A stretch of DNA of 64,000 nucleotides from an uncultured Lentisphaerales bacterium. GTDB taxonomy: Bacteria > Verrucomicrobiota > Lentisphaeria > JABSQK01 > UBA12247. The position numbers and the translations under genes were made by a program. Positions 1 through 10,104 of the stretch are shown here, one piece after another. Numbering within the stretch: the stretch's first letter is position 1; each line of letters begins with the position of its first letter. The DNA is taken from assembly GCA_943788985.1 (NCBI GenBank), contig CALSSJ010000017.1:83795-147794 (forward strand), read 5' to 3'. Below the pieces are notes generated by a model. That model saw only the letters and a list, made by a program, of their open reading frames with translations. It was not told the DNA's origin and made no database searches.

Positions 1-1
1 T

Positions 2-264
2 AACTTGGTGGCGGGCGAGGTAGGCGCCCGGACTATTGTCGACATCTATCGTGACTCGTCATTGTTCCGGCTGCTGCGCATCCTACGCAGTTGATGGGTG
101 CGTGCCACTGGTGCGAGTACAACGAGCTGTGCGGCGGCTCCCGCGCCCGAGCACGGGCGCTGACCAGCGACTACATGGCCGCCGAGCCGCATTGTGTGCT
201 CGGCGAGGAAGTCATGAACCGGCACTTGCGCGACCTGGCAGAGAAGGAGAAAGCTATGAGCTGA
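2..264 (+). pseudogene. Radical SAM/SPASM-type enzyme, C-terminal fragment entering from the window edge, apparent frameshift near 79-81
   Basis: The frame of nt 2 reads NLVAGEVGARTIVDIYRDSSLFRLLR and then stops at 92-94. The frame of nt 79 continues HPTQLMGACHWCEYNELCGGSRARARALTSDYMAAEPHCVLGEEV...KAMS, with a stop at 262-264. CxxC-x5-CGGxRARA...EPxC is the Cys-rich tail typical of radical SAM/SPASM proteins. Joining the two frames needs one extra base. Confidence 0.5.
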
Positions 265-349
265 AACGAGCCCCTCGCTCCTAGTGACGGCAGTCATCCT
301 TGGCGGATCGGAGTATTGTACAACGCTGTGATCTGCCCACTCTTACGAC

Positions 350-1171
350 TTGACTGCCATGACGGAAAAAGCTGCACAGCTCGAGCAACTGCTCAAAGAC
401 TACGGGAGCATCGCAATCGCCTTCTCAGGCGGGGTAGATAGCACGTACCTGGCTGCGGTCGCACAGCGTGTATTGCCGGGGAAGGTGCTGCTACTGAACG
501 CGCGCTCACCGTCCTTCCCCGCTGAAGAGGCAGAGTTTGTTGCGGAGTTCGCAAAAACTTGGGACTTGCCACTGCGGGTGGTGGAGACGCAGGAACTGGC
601 GATCAAGCAGTATGGCGAAAACTTGCCGTCGCGCTGCTTTTTCTGCCGCACGGAGATGTACAGCCAGCTGAAGCCAATCGCCGAAGAGACGGGGATGGCG
701 GTGCTGGCTGACGGCGCGAATATGGATGACCGCAGTGATTTTCGCCCAGGCGCGAAGGCCGCAAAAAAGTGGGGAATTCGTCACCCGCTGCAAGATGTAG
801 AGCTGACCAAGGACGAGATCCGAGCGTTATCGCGGGAGTTGAACCTGCCGACTTGGGATAAGCCAGCATTTGCCTGCCTAGCATCGCGCATTCCTTATGG
901 CGAAAAAATCACAAAGTCGAAGTTGGACCGCGTCGAACGTGCGGAGATCGCACTGCGAGCACGGGGATTTCGGGTATATCGGGTACGAAGCCACGAGGAC
1001 TTGGCGCGGATCGAACTGGGCCAGGACGAGCTTGGTCGTGCCTTCGGAATGCGTGAGGAGTTGGTGACGGCGATGCGGGATGTCGGCTACGCGTATGTCA
1101 CGCTGGACCTGCAGGGCTATCGATCGGGATCGATGAACGAAGTGCTGGACCTGCCCAAAGTAGAGGTTTGA
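350..1171 (+). CDS. larE: PP-loop ATPase, LarE-like sacrificial sulfur transferase family
   Basis: 273-aa ORF with the PP-loop AFSGGVDSTYLA, CFFCR, and ACLASRIPYG motifs typical of the LarE/TIGR00268 family. The start is TTG 350 or ATG 359. Confidence 0.65.
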   Translation: MTAMTEKAAQLEQLLKDYGSIAIAFSGGVDSTYLAAVAQRVLPGKVLLLNARSPSFPAEEAEFVAEFAKTWDLPLRVVETQELAIKQYGENLPSRCFFCRTEMYSQLKPIAEETGMAVLADGANMDDRSDFRPGAKAAKKWGIRHPLQDVELTKDEIRALSRELNLPTWDKPAFACLASRIPYGEKITKSKLDRVERAEIALRARGFRVYRVRSHEDLARIELGQDELGRAFGMREELVTAMRDVGYAYVTLDLQGYRSGSMNEVLDLPKVEV

Positions 1172-1683
1172 GTGCGGGCATGATCGAGGTCACGCTCATT
1201 CTGGATCGGTTGCGGAGTGCGCACAACGTGGGCAATATTTTCCGGCTGGCCGAGCTGTGCCAAGTTCGGGAGGTCATTACCTGCGGGTATACCGCTGCTC
1301 CCCCACACCCCAAGCTTGCGAAGACCGCACGCGGCTGCGAAACACTGGTGAGTACCCGCCGTTGTGAGACCGCGGCGCAGGCTGTGAGTGAGGTGCAGGC
1401 CGCTGGTGTGACGGTTCTGGCAGTCGAGACCGGGCCTGGCTCTCAGCTGATTTGGGAAGCGCCGCTGACGGCACCTTGTGCCTTTGTCCTGGGGAACGAG
1501 GCGCTGGGGGTCAGCGCCGAAGTGCTCGCCTGTTGTGACGGTGTCGTGAGACTGCCAGTGTTCGGGTTTAAGAACTCCCTGAACGTCGGCAACTGTGCGG
1601 CGGTCATCCTTTACGAGTGCATTCGCCGGTGGTCTCCGGTAGAGCCGCCACGCAACGACCAGGATCAAGAGCGAGAAGCATGA
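1168..1683 (+). CDS. SpoU/TrmH-family RNA 2'-O-methyltransferase
   Basis: 171 aa. Contains the SpoU motifs HNVGNIFR, VLGNEALGVS and NSLNVGNCAAVILYE. It overlaps the upstream stop by 4 nt. Confidence 0.8.
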   Translation: MSAGMIEVTLILDRLRSAHNVGNIFRLAELCQVREVITCGYTAAPPHPKLAKTARGCETLVSTRRCETAAQAVSEVQAAGVTVLAVETGPGSQLIWEAPLTAPCAFVLGNEALGVSAEVLACCDGVVRLPVFGFKNSLNVGNCAAVILYECIRRWSPVEPPRNDQDQEREA

Positions 1684-2703
1684 ACGAAGAGCCAGTCGCG
1701 CAAGATAAATTGCAGCCAATCAGGCGCAAGGCCACGCTCGCTACCCTCGCCATCCTAGCAGTAATGGCGATCGCTGCAGTGCTGTCTGGGCACGACGTAT
1801 TCGACACGCTTGCGCATCTGGCACAGGTGATCTTTATCGGGGCACCGATCGTACTGGTGCTTTTCGCAGCCCGCGTCCCAAGCACAAACCGCAAACAAGA
1901 TCGGCTGGTGCTCACTGCGCTCGGAACGGCGGTAGTCTGCGGTGGCATCGGCTACTACGCGACGCAGGTCGAGCCGTTCTGGCTGGAAGTCACGCACACC
2001 ACTCTCTCCAGCTCGAAGGTATCAAAGCCGGTGCGAATCGCCATCGTGGCCGACATTCAGACGGATCACATCGGCCCGTACGAAGCGCGCGTGTTTCAGG
2101 CAGTGGTAGAAGAAAAGCCGGACCTCATTCTGTTTGCGGGCGATAATCTCCAAGCCCCGCCAGAGAAGCGCGAGCTGCTGCTTGAGACGTTGAATCAGGC
2201 ACTTCGCACGGCAAATTTCGAAACAACTCTGGGGATGGTAGCGGTCCGCGGAAATACGGACTACGCCTCCAGCTGGGAGCAGGCGTACGACGGGCTGGGC
2301 GTGCACTGCCTGACCAATCAAGACGTCCAACTTTCTGAAGAAATTGAAGTGATGGGCCTTGGGCTACGCGAGTCCATCTTTGAGCCGCCAGCCATGCCGG
2401 AGACCAAACATTTTAGGATTATGGTCGGGCATTCGCCAGACTTCGCGCTGGCCAATCCAGATGCAGATCTGATGATCGCCGGTCACACCCATGGCGGGCA
2501 GGTCCGGCTGCCTGGATTTGGTGCCATCGTCTCGTTTTGCCGGGTGCCGCGCGATTGGCTGGCGGGCCTGCACGATGTGAACGGCAAGTGGGCTCTACGT
2601 CTCACGAGGTATCGGCATGGAGCGCGGCCATGCGCCCCGATTGCGCTTTTTCTGCCGCCCGGAACTAGCGATCATTACGCTAGAGCCAGAGCAGCCGTAC
2701 TGA
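1680..2703 (+). pseudogene. Membrane-anchored metallophosphoesterase with an apparent 1-nt frameshift near 2592
   Basis: ATG 1680 overlaps the SpoU stop. Motifs IAIVADIQTDH, FAGDN, RGNTDY and GHTHGG are present. After NGKW the annotated frame becomes nonsense, but the +1 frame reads LYVSRGIGMERGHAPRLRFFCRPELAIITLEPEQPY with a stop at 2701-2703, which is the normal family C-terminus. Confidence 0.65.
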
Positions 2704-2735
2704 CATCAGATTTCCGAGACAGCCGGGGGCCCGCA

Positions 2736-4494
2736 TCATGCGACCCGCGATTCCATGCTCTGGTGGCGCAGAAGTTCGGCGTACTCGCCACCGTCCCGGA
2801 TGGCCAACTCATCATGCGTGCCCTTCTCCACGATGCGACCATCGCGAAAAACCAGAATGATATCTGCATCACGGATGGTGCTGAGTCGGTGGGCAATGAC
2901 GACGGTGGTCACTTGGCCCGTGAGTACCTCGATAGCCCCTTGGACAAGGCGCTCTGAAACAGAGTCCAAGGCGCTGGTGGCCTCGTCCAACACGAGAATG
3001 GATGGTTCTCGCAAAATGGCGCGCGCCAGAGCAATGCGCTGGCGCTGACCGCCGGAAAGCAGGACACCGCCTTCGCCGCACTGAGAGTCATAGCCGTCCT
3101 TTAGCTCCAGGATGAAATCGTGGGCATGGGCACGGCGCGCCGCTTCAACCACCTTGGCCTGTGGGACATCGCCATAGGCATGCACAATATTCTCTAGGAT
3201 CGTCCCACTGAACAGGATTGGGTCTTGATTCACTACCGCAATCTGGCGCCGCACACTCCTCATGTTCAATTCGTTCACGGGGAAGCCATCGATCGAGATG
3301 ACGCCGTCATTTGTCCGGTAGAGACCGAGCATCAGATTCACGAACGTGCTCTTGCCAGCGCCCGACTGCCCAACCAAGGCAACCGTGGTGCCAGCGGGGA
3401 TCTTCAGGTCAAGGTCCATCACCGCGCACTTGCCTTCGTCATAAGCAAACGAGACATGATCAAAGCCGATCTCTCCGCGAACCGTGTCAAGGCAGCGCTT
3501 GCCTTGATTGTATTCTACGTCCGGAGACTCAAGCACTTCGCGGATGGAGCTGGTGGCTTCGGCGAACGCCGTGAGCGTGGGAAAGACGTTTACGATCTGG
3601 ACGAAGTTGTTTCGAATCATGCCGACGTAAGTCACGAACAACATCATCTCGCCGATGGTCAGCGCGCCATCAATCACTTTTGCGGCGGCAAAGCCGAGGA
3701 CAAGAATGTGAAAGCCGATATTGGTGGATTTCACCAGTGCGCTGAACAGCCCTACCTGGGCCTCGGCTTCGGTGGATTTCTCGACAACTTCAGCGCTGAT
3801 GTTGTCGACCCTTCCGACGCTCGAAGCCTTCGTGGCCGTGGAGGCGGGCTAGTAGCGATGTCTGCAAGAAGGTGGATACCGAGGAACTGAGGTCTTCTCG
3901 AGCCAGACGCTCGAAGTGGCGGCTCCGTCGCACGCTGCCCTTGAAGATCTTAACGAAGAACAACAAGACCGGGAAAATAACAAGAAACATCAACAGGACA
4001 CGAGCATTCACGAAGCAAAGCACGCCGACTAGGACACCAAGCATGACGATGGCATTGAAGACGTTGTTCACGAAAACGTTCGCGAACTGCTCCGTGCGGT
4101 CGACATCCACCATGATTTTGGAGTAGTAGCGCCCGCTGTCTTTGGAGTAGAAATAGGTCAGAGACAGCGTTTGTAGACGGCTTACAATCTTATTTCTCAG
4201 GTCACGCGAGACCTCTTTAATCACCCGCACAAAGATCGCTCGTTGCGCAGTGGCAAAGAGCACATTCAAGGCTAAAAGGACCGCCATAATGCCAATCACG
4301 GCCAAAATCCCCCGCTTGTCTTGGGCCGGGATGTAGTGGTCGACCACCACCTTCACCAAAACGGGCATGGCCAGCTGCGGCAACATCGTGTAGATCTGAA
4401 ACGCCAGCGACCAGACAGTGGGCCTGACGTGCCCGCCAAAAAAGCTGCAATAGAAGCATACCGCTTCGCCAAAGCTGGCTTTTTCCTTTGCCAC
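2736..4494 (-). pseudogene. ABC exporter (fused TMD-NBD, MsbA/bacteriocin-exporter type) split by a frameshift near 3805-3815
   Basis: The TMD ORF spans 3790-4494. The NBD ORF spans 2736-3734 and carries Walker A GQSGAGKST, the signature LSGGQRQR and Walker B ILVLDEATSALD. The NBD frame stays open upstream as ...VDNISAEVVEKSTEAEAQVGLFSAL and overlaps the end of the TMD frame (...HGHEGFERRKG). One extra base in the AAGGG context explains the split. Confidence 0.7.
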
Positions 4495-4497
4495 CGG

Positions 4498-5694
4498 CTA
4501 CCTCTTACCCACTAAAAGCATGATGGCGGATTGCTGGCCGACCTGGATCTCGCAGAGCGCACCGCTCCCAACCCGAAGTACATCATGCCCCTCAGTGATG
4601 ACGATCGAAACGTCATAAAAGATCTCGGTACCATCGTACACCCCGTGGGTGGCGACAAAGTGAACCTTGCCGCGGTAAATCTCGTGGCGCAAATAGTTGT
4701 ACAGGTCTGATTTGATCAGTGCGGACTGGCCTAGCTTGATCTCGCTGAAGCGTGATTCTGGGACTCGGCATTTGATCAGCTTCGGCTCGTTTCCTGACAG
4801 GGTGATTAGATCTGTGCCGATCTCGACACGCTGGCTGGTAGAGGCTTGAATGCCCACGACGCGACCGCTGAACGGCGCACGAATCGTCAGTCGTTGCTGG
4901 CTAACTTTGAGCGCGCTCAGCTCAAGTCTCGCTTGCACCAGTTGGTGCTTCAGGCTCCGCTGCTGCCGAGCCACCTGCGCCTCCACCTCGGCGATGTTGG
5001 CTGCTGTGTCATGGTGCTGATAAACCAGATCCCTCAGCTGATCCCGAAGCCTCTGGGCAACGGTCTCCGCAGCCAGTTCCGCACGCCGCAGGTTTAGCCG
5101 AGCGGCCTCGAGCTTGCTGCCAGAGATCACTCCCTCCTCTTCAAGCGACTCGACACGCACCAGCTCTTGGTGCCGGTGTTCCACCTCCAGGCTCGCCTGG
5201 GCCAACGCAGAGCTAGCCGGCATTAGGCCATCAGGCAGCGTGCCTGTGGCTGTTGTTTCCGCCAGCACCTCAGTGATGTCAGCCGTTGGCAGTAGTGACC
5301 TCAGCTGATCCTTCTGGTAGGCGTTCTCCGCGCGGAACTGCGCAAGAGCGAGCCTCGGTGCAGCCTGCTCGTCTGACAACGCTGCAAGTTTTTCCTGGTA
5401 GTGTCTGAGTTCCTGCTCAAGGCTAGAGATTTGAGCTGCGAGCCCCTGAAGATCGGCCAGGATAATCAAGGGCTGGTCGTGTTCTACGTCCCCCCCGTCT
5501 TCGACCAGAATTTCGCGAACCATCACATCCTTCATGGGCGAGCCAACCGTCACTTGGTCAGCTGACTCCACCACCCCGCGCACAATGACTCGCTCCTCTA
5601 CTTGGAAGAGAAGCAGAAAGCCAACTCCCACCGGTACGAGGACAACAGCCATAATTTTGGCGAAGAGATATGACGACGGGGACTGATCACTCAC
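4498..5694 (-). CDS. HlyD-family membrane fusion/secretion protein
   Basis: It has an N-terminal TM segment (IMAVVLVPVGVGFLLLF), a long coiled-coil middle, and a beta-barrel C-terminus (RAPFSGRVVGI...). The stop lies 3 nt upstream of the ABC exporter start. The start is uncertain: GTG 5694 or ATG 5652. Confidence 0.75.
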   Translation of the reverse strand: MSDQSPSSYLFAKIMAVVLVPVGVGFLLLFQVEERVIVRGVVESADQVTVGSPMKDVMVREILVEDGGDVEHDQPLIILADLQGLAAQISSLEQELRHYQEKLAALSDEQAAPRLALAQFRAENAYQKDQLRSLLPTADITEVLAETTATGTLPDGLMPASSALAQASLEVEHRHQELVRVESLEEEGVISGSKLEAARLNLRRAELAAETVAQRLRDQLRDLVYQHHDTAANIAEVEAQVARQQRSLKHQLVQARLELSALKVSQQRLTIRAPFSGRVVGIQASTSQRVEIGTDLITLSGNEPKLIKCRVPESRFSEIKLGQSALIKSDLYNYLRHEIYRGKVHFVATHGVYDGTEIFYDVSIVITEGHDVLRVGSGALCEIQVGQQSAIMLLVGKR

Positions 5695-5985
5695 AAGAAC
5701 GGCAAAACCGGTGCAACTGCACGGGGCAGTTTTGCCAAAGGACCTTCTACAAATACGTTGTTGGCGGCGACTGGGCAGATTTGCAAGGGATCCCGAGAGT
5801 CCGTGAATCTGCCGCCAGAAACGGGCGATAGCTCTGTTTATTATCACCTCAGCAGGATGAATGCAAGCGGTGGGCGCTAAAACCGATGCATTAGAAGATC
5901 GCTTCCGCTGACAAAAGACCGACGATAGGTTTCCTAGCCTGTGGCTTGGTCGAGACAAGATCGAAAAAAAATAAAAAATGTGTGA

Positions 5986-6513
5986 CACACTGCGGTTGAG
6001 GGCAGCTTTTATCCGGGCTCTCCGGACGAGCTGCGATCAGCGGTCAATACGATCCTGCAGATCGACGGCCCCACCCTGGTGGCGTTTCCTCACGAGAACG
6101 CCCTGAATGGCCAGGATTGCTACAAGACCATATCCACGGATTATGGTGAATACTGGAGTGATCCTATCCGCTTCCCCATACCGGTCTGTCACCGGCCTGT
6201 CGCGGAACTCCTGCAGGATGGCCGTATCCTGATCACCTATCGGTACCTGCAGGGCGACGGAGGAACCGAATAGCTGGGGATCCGGGCGCAAAACTTTATG
6301 GCGGCCCTGACCAATGATGCCTCAGCGTTGGCCTATGACCGGAAGATGGCCGCCACCCGCATCCTAGCGATTGACTACGACCGTTCTCCGGTCGCCGATC
6401 TCGGATATTCCGGCTGGGTTCAGTTCGATGACGGCGAAATCTACATCGTCTACGATGCTCCCAAGGGGCAGATCCGAGGGTGTTCTCTACAGCCCACCGA
6501 GTTCGTCCTATAA
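5986..6513 (+). pseudogene. Remnant (C-terminal ~170 codons) of a BNR/sialidase-like glycoside hydrolase with an in-frame TAG
   Basis: A single frame reads ...ILQIDGPTLVAFPHENALNGQDCYKTISTDYGEYWSDPIRFP...YLQGDGGTE-TAG(6271-6273)-LGIRAQNFMAALTND...GYSGWVQFDDGEIYIVY. There is no start codon, and a stop lies at 5983-5985. SxDxGxxW is the Asp-box/BNR signature. Confidence 0.5.
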
Positions 6514-7277
6514 CCTATGACTGTATGGTAGTTTCACGTCCATCATGCGAATTAACAGGGAGCGGAATCTCTTTCAATCTCGCTGGCGCGCGTGCAGCCG
6601 CCGGTCGGGATAGGCAGAATAGGGGTAGGGACGACGCATTGGGTTGCTTCAGACCGTGCGTGTCAGGAAAGCCAGATGTTTAGCGGTGCTGCGGGTTGTA
6701 AAAGCTCACTGAAACCCGTGTTGACGGTCACCCCTAAAGACATTGTCAGGCGAATACGGGTATTCTCGCCACACCGCCTCAGGTTGGGTATTCCACAAGC
6801 ACCGATCTCGAGTGACTGAAGCGAAGTCGTGACCTTGCCATGAGTTTGCGATATCGCGGAAATGAATGTGGCACGTTTCAGCCCCAGGTAAAACGCCGTG
6901 CCAGTGACTCAACGGTATCGATATCGCGAAATCAAGACCTGGATTTCGGAAGAGGCCGGGTCTGAAGCGTCACGCCGCGGCGCCCTATTTCGCAGATGAC
7001 GCCAAGCGCAAGCAGCGGGAGACCGCCGATAAAGAGCATCGTTTTCACCCTCGAAATGGCCTCCGTGTCGACTCACTGTCCATGCTAGGAGCGTCGCCCG
7101 ACTTCAACATCATGGCCAAGGGATGGCCATGGCCGCCAAGAGTAACAGAAAGCCAACCGGCTGGCAAGCGACAATAGTTCGTCATCAGGATAGATTCGGG
7201 TGCTTGGTCCCTTACTTGTCTCCGTTCGGGTTCGTTCAGGTTCGTTGTAAAGAATTGTGCGTCGTGTAGCTTTCGCT

Positions 7278-8291
7278 ATGCAGACCAAATCACAGCCTCC
7301 GCAACCCGCGCTAGCGCTCATCGCTTTTGTGCTCCTCACAGGATCAGCCCTGTTCGGTGTTCTGGCTCTGGCCATGCGGTACTTGCCGTATGAGGTGACG
7401 ATGGCGTTCAAGATGCCGGAGAGTGGCGGCAGCGATCGCGGTGGGGGACGCTCGAAGCTGGATCGGCTGTTTCGCACGCGAGGCGGCGTGCACGCGCTTC
7501 GAGACACCATGCCCAAGAGTGCGCTGGACGCCGTCAAAAGCCAGCAAAGTGCGCGAGAGCGCGGAGCTGGCGAGGGCCTTCCACTTACGGTCTCGTCAAA
7601 GCAGCAGGCGCTATTTCGGCAAGCGCACATGGCGCACCAGTTGCTGGTGCGTAATTTTGGCGAGCCGCTGCACAAGGCATCTGCGGACTTGGCACGGGTC
7701 CCAGTCAAGGCCGATGCCAAGTTTATGCCCTATGAGACGGGGCGCTTCTCGAATGATTTGCTGTGGATGAATCTGGCGCATGAACAGAGCCCGCCGGTGA
7801 TTGAGGAATTGCACGTCAAGAGCCGCTGGTTGGTGGGACAGGACGAAGCATTTTTCGAAGATCTGTTTCATGCGGGCCTGGGGACTCTGAACGGGGGGGA
7901 TGCGAAGTCCGCAATCGACTTTCTGCATCTGGCGCAGCAGGCCTGGCCGGTGACGGACCGCTCCTATGGGTCTGTCCATCTGGCGCTGGTTTCGGCCTAC
8001 GCCGTGGATAATCAACTGGATCCTGTGGTGACGGGTATGGAAGACTTCAAGGAGGTCTATCCTGACTGGATGTACATCGAGCTTTTCGCTAAGGATCTGG
8101 AGGAGTTTCATGACGTCTACGGGGACATCGGGGCGCTTTATGTGCTGCGTGCCCGACTGTCGCAGCTGGTGCATGATGACCGAACGGCGTCTGAGTTGTA
8201 TGAGAAGGCGTTTCGCGCCGGGCTGACGGGCGACAGTGTCCAAGAAGTCAGAGAGTGGCAGGCCGCGGCAAAATCGAGTAGCCCAAAATGA
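7278..8291 (+). CDS. Hypothetical N-terminally anchored protein with a helical-repeat-like C-terminal half
   Basis: ATG 7278. It has a TM segment (ALALIAFVLLTGSALFGVLALAM). The stop overlaps the next gene's start by 4 nt. I recognise no family. Confidence 0.5.
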   Translation: MQTKSQPPQPALALIAFVLLTGSALFGVLALAMRYLPYEVTMAFKMPESGGSDRGGGRSKLDRLFRTRGGVHALRDTMPKSALDAVKSQQSARERGAGEGLPLTVSSKQQALFRQAHMAHQLLVRNFGEPLHKASADLARVPVKADAKFMPYETGRFSNDLLWMNLAHEQSPPVIEELHVKSRWLVGQDEAFFEDLFHAGLGTLNGGDAKSAIDFLHLAQQAWPVTDRSYGSVHLALVSAYAVDNQLDPVVTGMEDFKEVYPDWMYIELFAKDLEEFHDVYGDIGALYVLRARLSQLVHDDRTASELYEKAFRAGLTGDSVQEVREWQAAAKSSSPK

Positions 8292-8983
8292 CTTTTCTCC
8301 TCGCTTCCGGCTGGACCACCCTCCTCTACTTTGGTTTCTTTGTGCGCTCCAAATACCGGACGGTCAAACCGCCGTATGAGCGTTTTGTGCTCTTCGCAAT
8401 GGCTGGCATGCTGTCGACGATTCCTGCGGCCTATTTTAACGCACGGGTGTTGAATGATACCGCGCTGAACTTCTTCGAGACCCCAGACATCAGAATGGGA
8501 GTACTGGGGGTATTTCTGGCGCCGGGACTTGGGGAAGAGTTTTGGAAGATGGCGGCTGGTTTGCTCGTGGTTAGCTGCCTAAATCGGCGGAGTCGCCCGG
8601 TGCAGCCCGCGGAGTGCGTGCTGGGCTTTGCCGTGGTTGGGATGGCGTTCGCGGTAATCGAGAACATCTGGAGCTATGGGGACGGGGGGGCTGCCTATCT
8701 GCTGCTGCGCGGTTTGATCGCCGTGCCGCTGCACACGTCTATGTGCATGCTGCATGGCGTGGGGGTGCTGCTGTACTGGAAAAGGCGCCGCGCCTGGCCG
8801 CTCTATGTGTTTTATCTCACAACGGCGCTGCTGCACGGCCTCTGGGATGTGGCGAGTATCTACGGCAGCAGTGTGCGCGAGATCTGGCTGCCGCTGAGCG
8901 TGATCGCGGTCTACACGCTGGCGATCAGCGTGTGGTGCGCTGTGCCGGAGCGCCAAGCGCAACCGCAAGGGCTTTCCGCGTAG
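8288..8983 (+). CDS. PrsW-family intramembrane metalloprotease
   Basis: Polytopic protein with GLGEEFWK, FAVIENIWSY and PLHTSMCMLHG motifs, characteristic of the PrsW protease family. Confidence 0.65.
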   Translation: MTFLLASGWTTLLYFGFFVRSKYRTVKPPYERFVLFAMAGMLSTIPAAYFNARVLNDTALNFFETPDIRMGVLGVFLAPGLGEEFWKMAAGLLVVSCLNRRSRPVQPAECVLGFAVVGMAFAVIENIWSYGDGGAAYLLLRGLIAVPLHTSMCMLHGVGVLLYWKRRRAWPLYVFYLTTALLHGLWDVASIYGSSVREIWLPLSVIAVYTLAISVWCAVPERQAQPQGLSA

Positions 8984-9968
8984 CACGATCGCAGGCTAGG
9001 TCCTCGAGTTCGTCAACGGGCACCCAGCGATGCGGCTTAGCGACGGCTGCGAACTCCGCAAAACCTTGAAGAACGGAAAGTGTCAGCCGAAAGTGGGTGT
9101 AGACATGGACGACTGCCTGAAGCTCTTCGCTGCGTTGCAGGGCGATTCCAAGGGCGGCAAGCGCCTCGCTCAAGCTGGTTTGATCTGCTGCGGTAGGCAG
9201 CTCCCAGAGTCCGCCCAGAAAACCATCGGTGGGCCGCTGGTGCATCAATACGCCTTGGTCTGTCGCTAGACACACCGCAACCTTCTCGCGCTCCGGAGAC
9301 GGTGGCCGCTTTGGCAGATTCGGCAATTGCTCGACGGTGCCTTCTTCGAAAGCAACACACCAGGTCCGACAGGGGCAGGACAGGCACGCGGGCGAGCGCG
9401 GGGTACAGACGAGCGCCCCGATCTCCATGATCGCCTGATTAAAGGCGTTGGCGCAGTTTTCTTGGATGGCTGGCAAGAGTTGCTGACGCAGTGCGCGTTT
9501 TGCCTTCGGCCGAGTGAGGTCTTCGGCGAGTCCTAAGAGCCGTGAGCTGACGCGAATGACGTTTCCGTCGATGACTGGTTCAGGCTCGCCAAAACAGATG
9601 CTGGCGATGGCCGCAGATGTGTAATCGCCGATTCCTTTGAGTTTACGGAGTTCGCAAGCGCTCCGAGGGAACTCGCCCAAGTCGCTGACTTGGCGGGCGG
9701 CGGCGTGGAGATTACGCGCGCGAGAGTAGTAGCCCAGCCCTTCCCAGGCCTTGAGCACATCATCGAGCGGTGCCTCAGCCAGGGCCTGCAGCGTTGGGAA
9801 GCGGGCCATGAAGCGCTCGTAGTAGGGAATAGCGGCCACGACGCGGGTCTGCTGCAGCATGATCTCGCTCACCCATACTCGGTAGGGATCGCGCGTCTGC
9901 CGCCATGGCAAGTCTCTGCCTTCGCGCCGATACCAATCCACCAGGGCGGCTGCCCATTCTGTTGCCAT
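8925..9968 (-). CDS. mutY: A/G-specific adenine DNA glycosylase
   Basis: Contains WYRREGRDLPWRQTRDPYRVWVSEIMLQQTRV, the HhH-GPD region, an Fe-S Cys cluster (CTPRSPACLSCPCRTWC) and a C-terminal NUDIX-like domain. The likely start is ATG 9968. Confidence 0.9.
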   Translation of the reverse strand: MATEWAAALVDWYRREGRDLPWRQTRDPYRVWVSEIMLQQTRVVAAIPYYERFMARFPTLQALAEAPLDDVLKAWEGLGYYSRARNLHAAARQVSDLGEFPRSACELRKLKGIGDYTSAAIASICFGEPEPVIDGNVIRVSSRLLGLAEDLTRPKAKRALRQQLLPAIQENCANAFNQAIMEIGALVCTPRSPACLSCPCRTWCVAFEEGTVEQLPNLPKRPPSPEREKVAVCLATDQGVLMHQRPTDGFLGGLWELPTAADQTSLSEALAALGIALQRSEELQAVVHVYTHFRLTLSVLQGFAEFAAVAKPHRWVPVDELEDLACDRATRKALAVALGAPAQRTTR

Positions 9969-10104
9969 TTTTGTACTTCCCGACTGTGCTCTGACAATTT
10001 CGTGACAACTGGAGGGCCTTTCCGAGGCAAGCTTCATCTTGGCATCGTTTCTGCATAGGTCCAATTGGACGAGGTCGATTTACCTAAATGAACCGAGATT
10101 GACC

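Noticed and set aside
7085-8243. Minus-strand ORFs 7085-7720 and 7611-8243. The same reasoning applies to 41516-42118, 53492-54181, 59968-60609 and 62372-62872.
   Set aside because: Each overlaps a better-supported gene on the opposite strand (operon context, RBS, or family motifs) and has no motifs of its own.
8925-8983. 59-bp convergent overlap between the 3' ends of the PrsW-like gene and mutY
   Set aside because: Both C-termini are poorly conserved tails. Overlap of convergent ends is common in compact genomes and has no visible functional signal.
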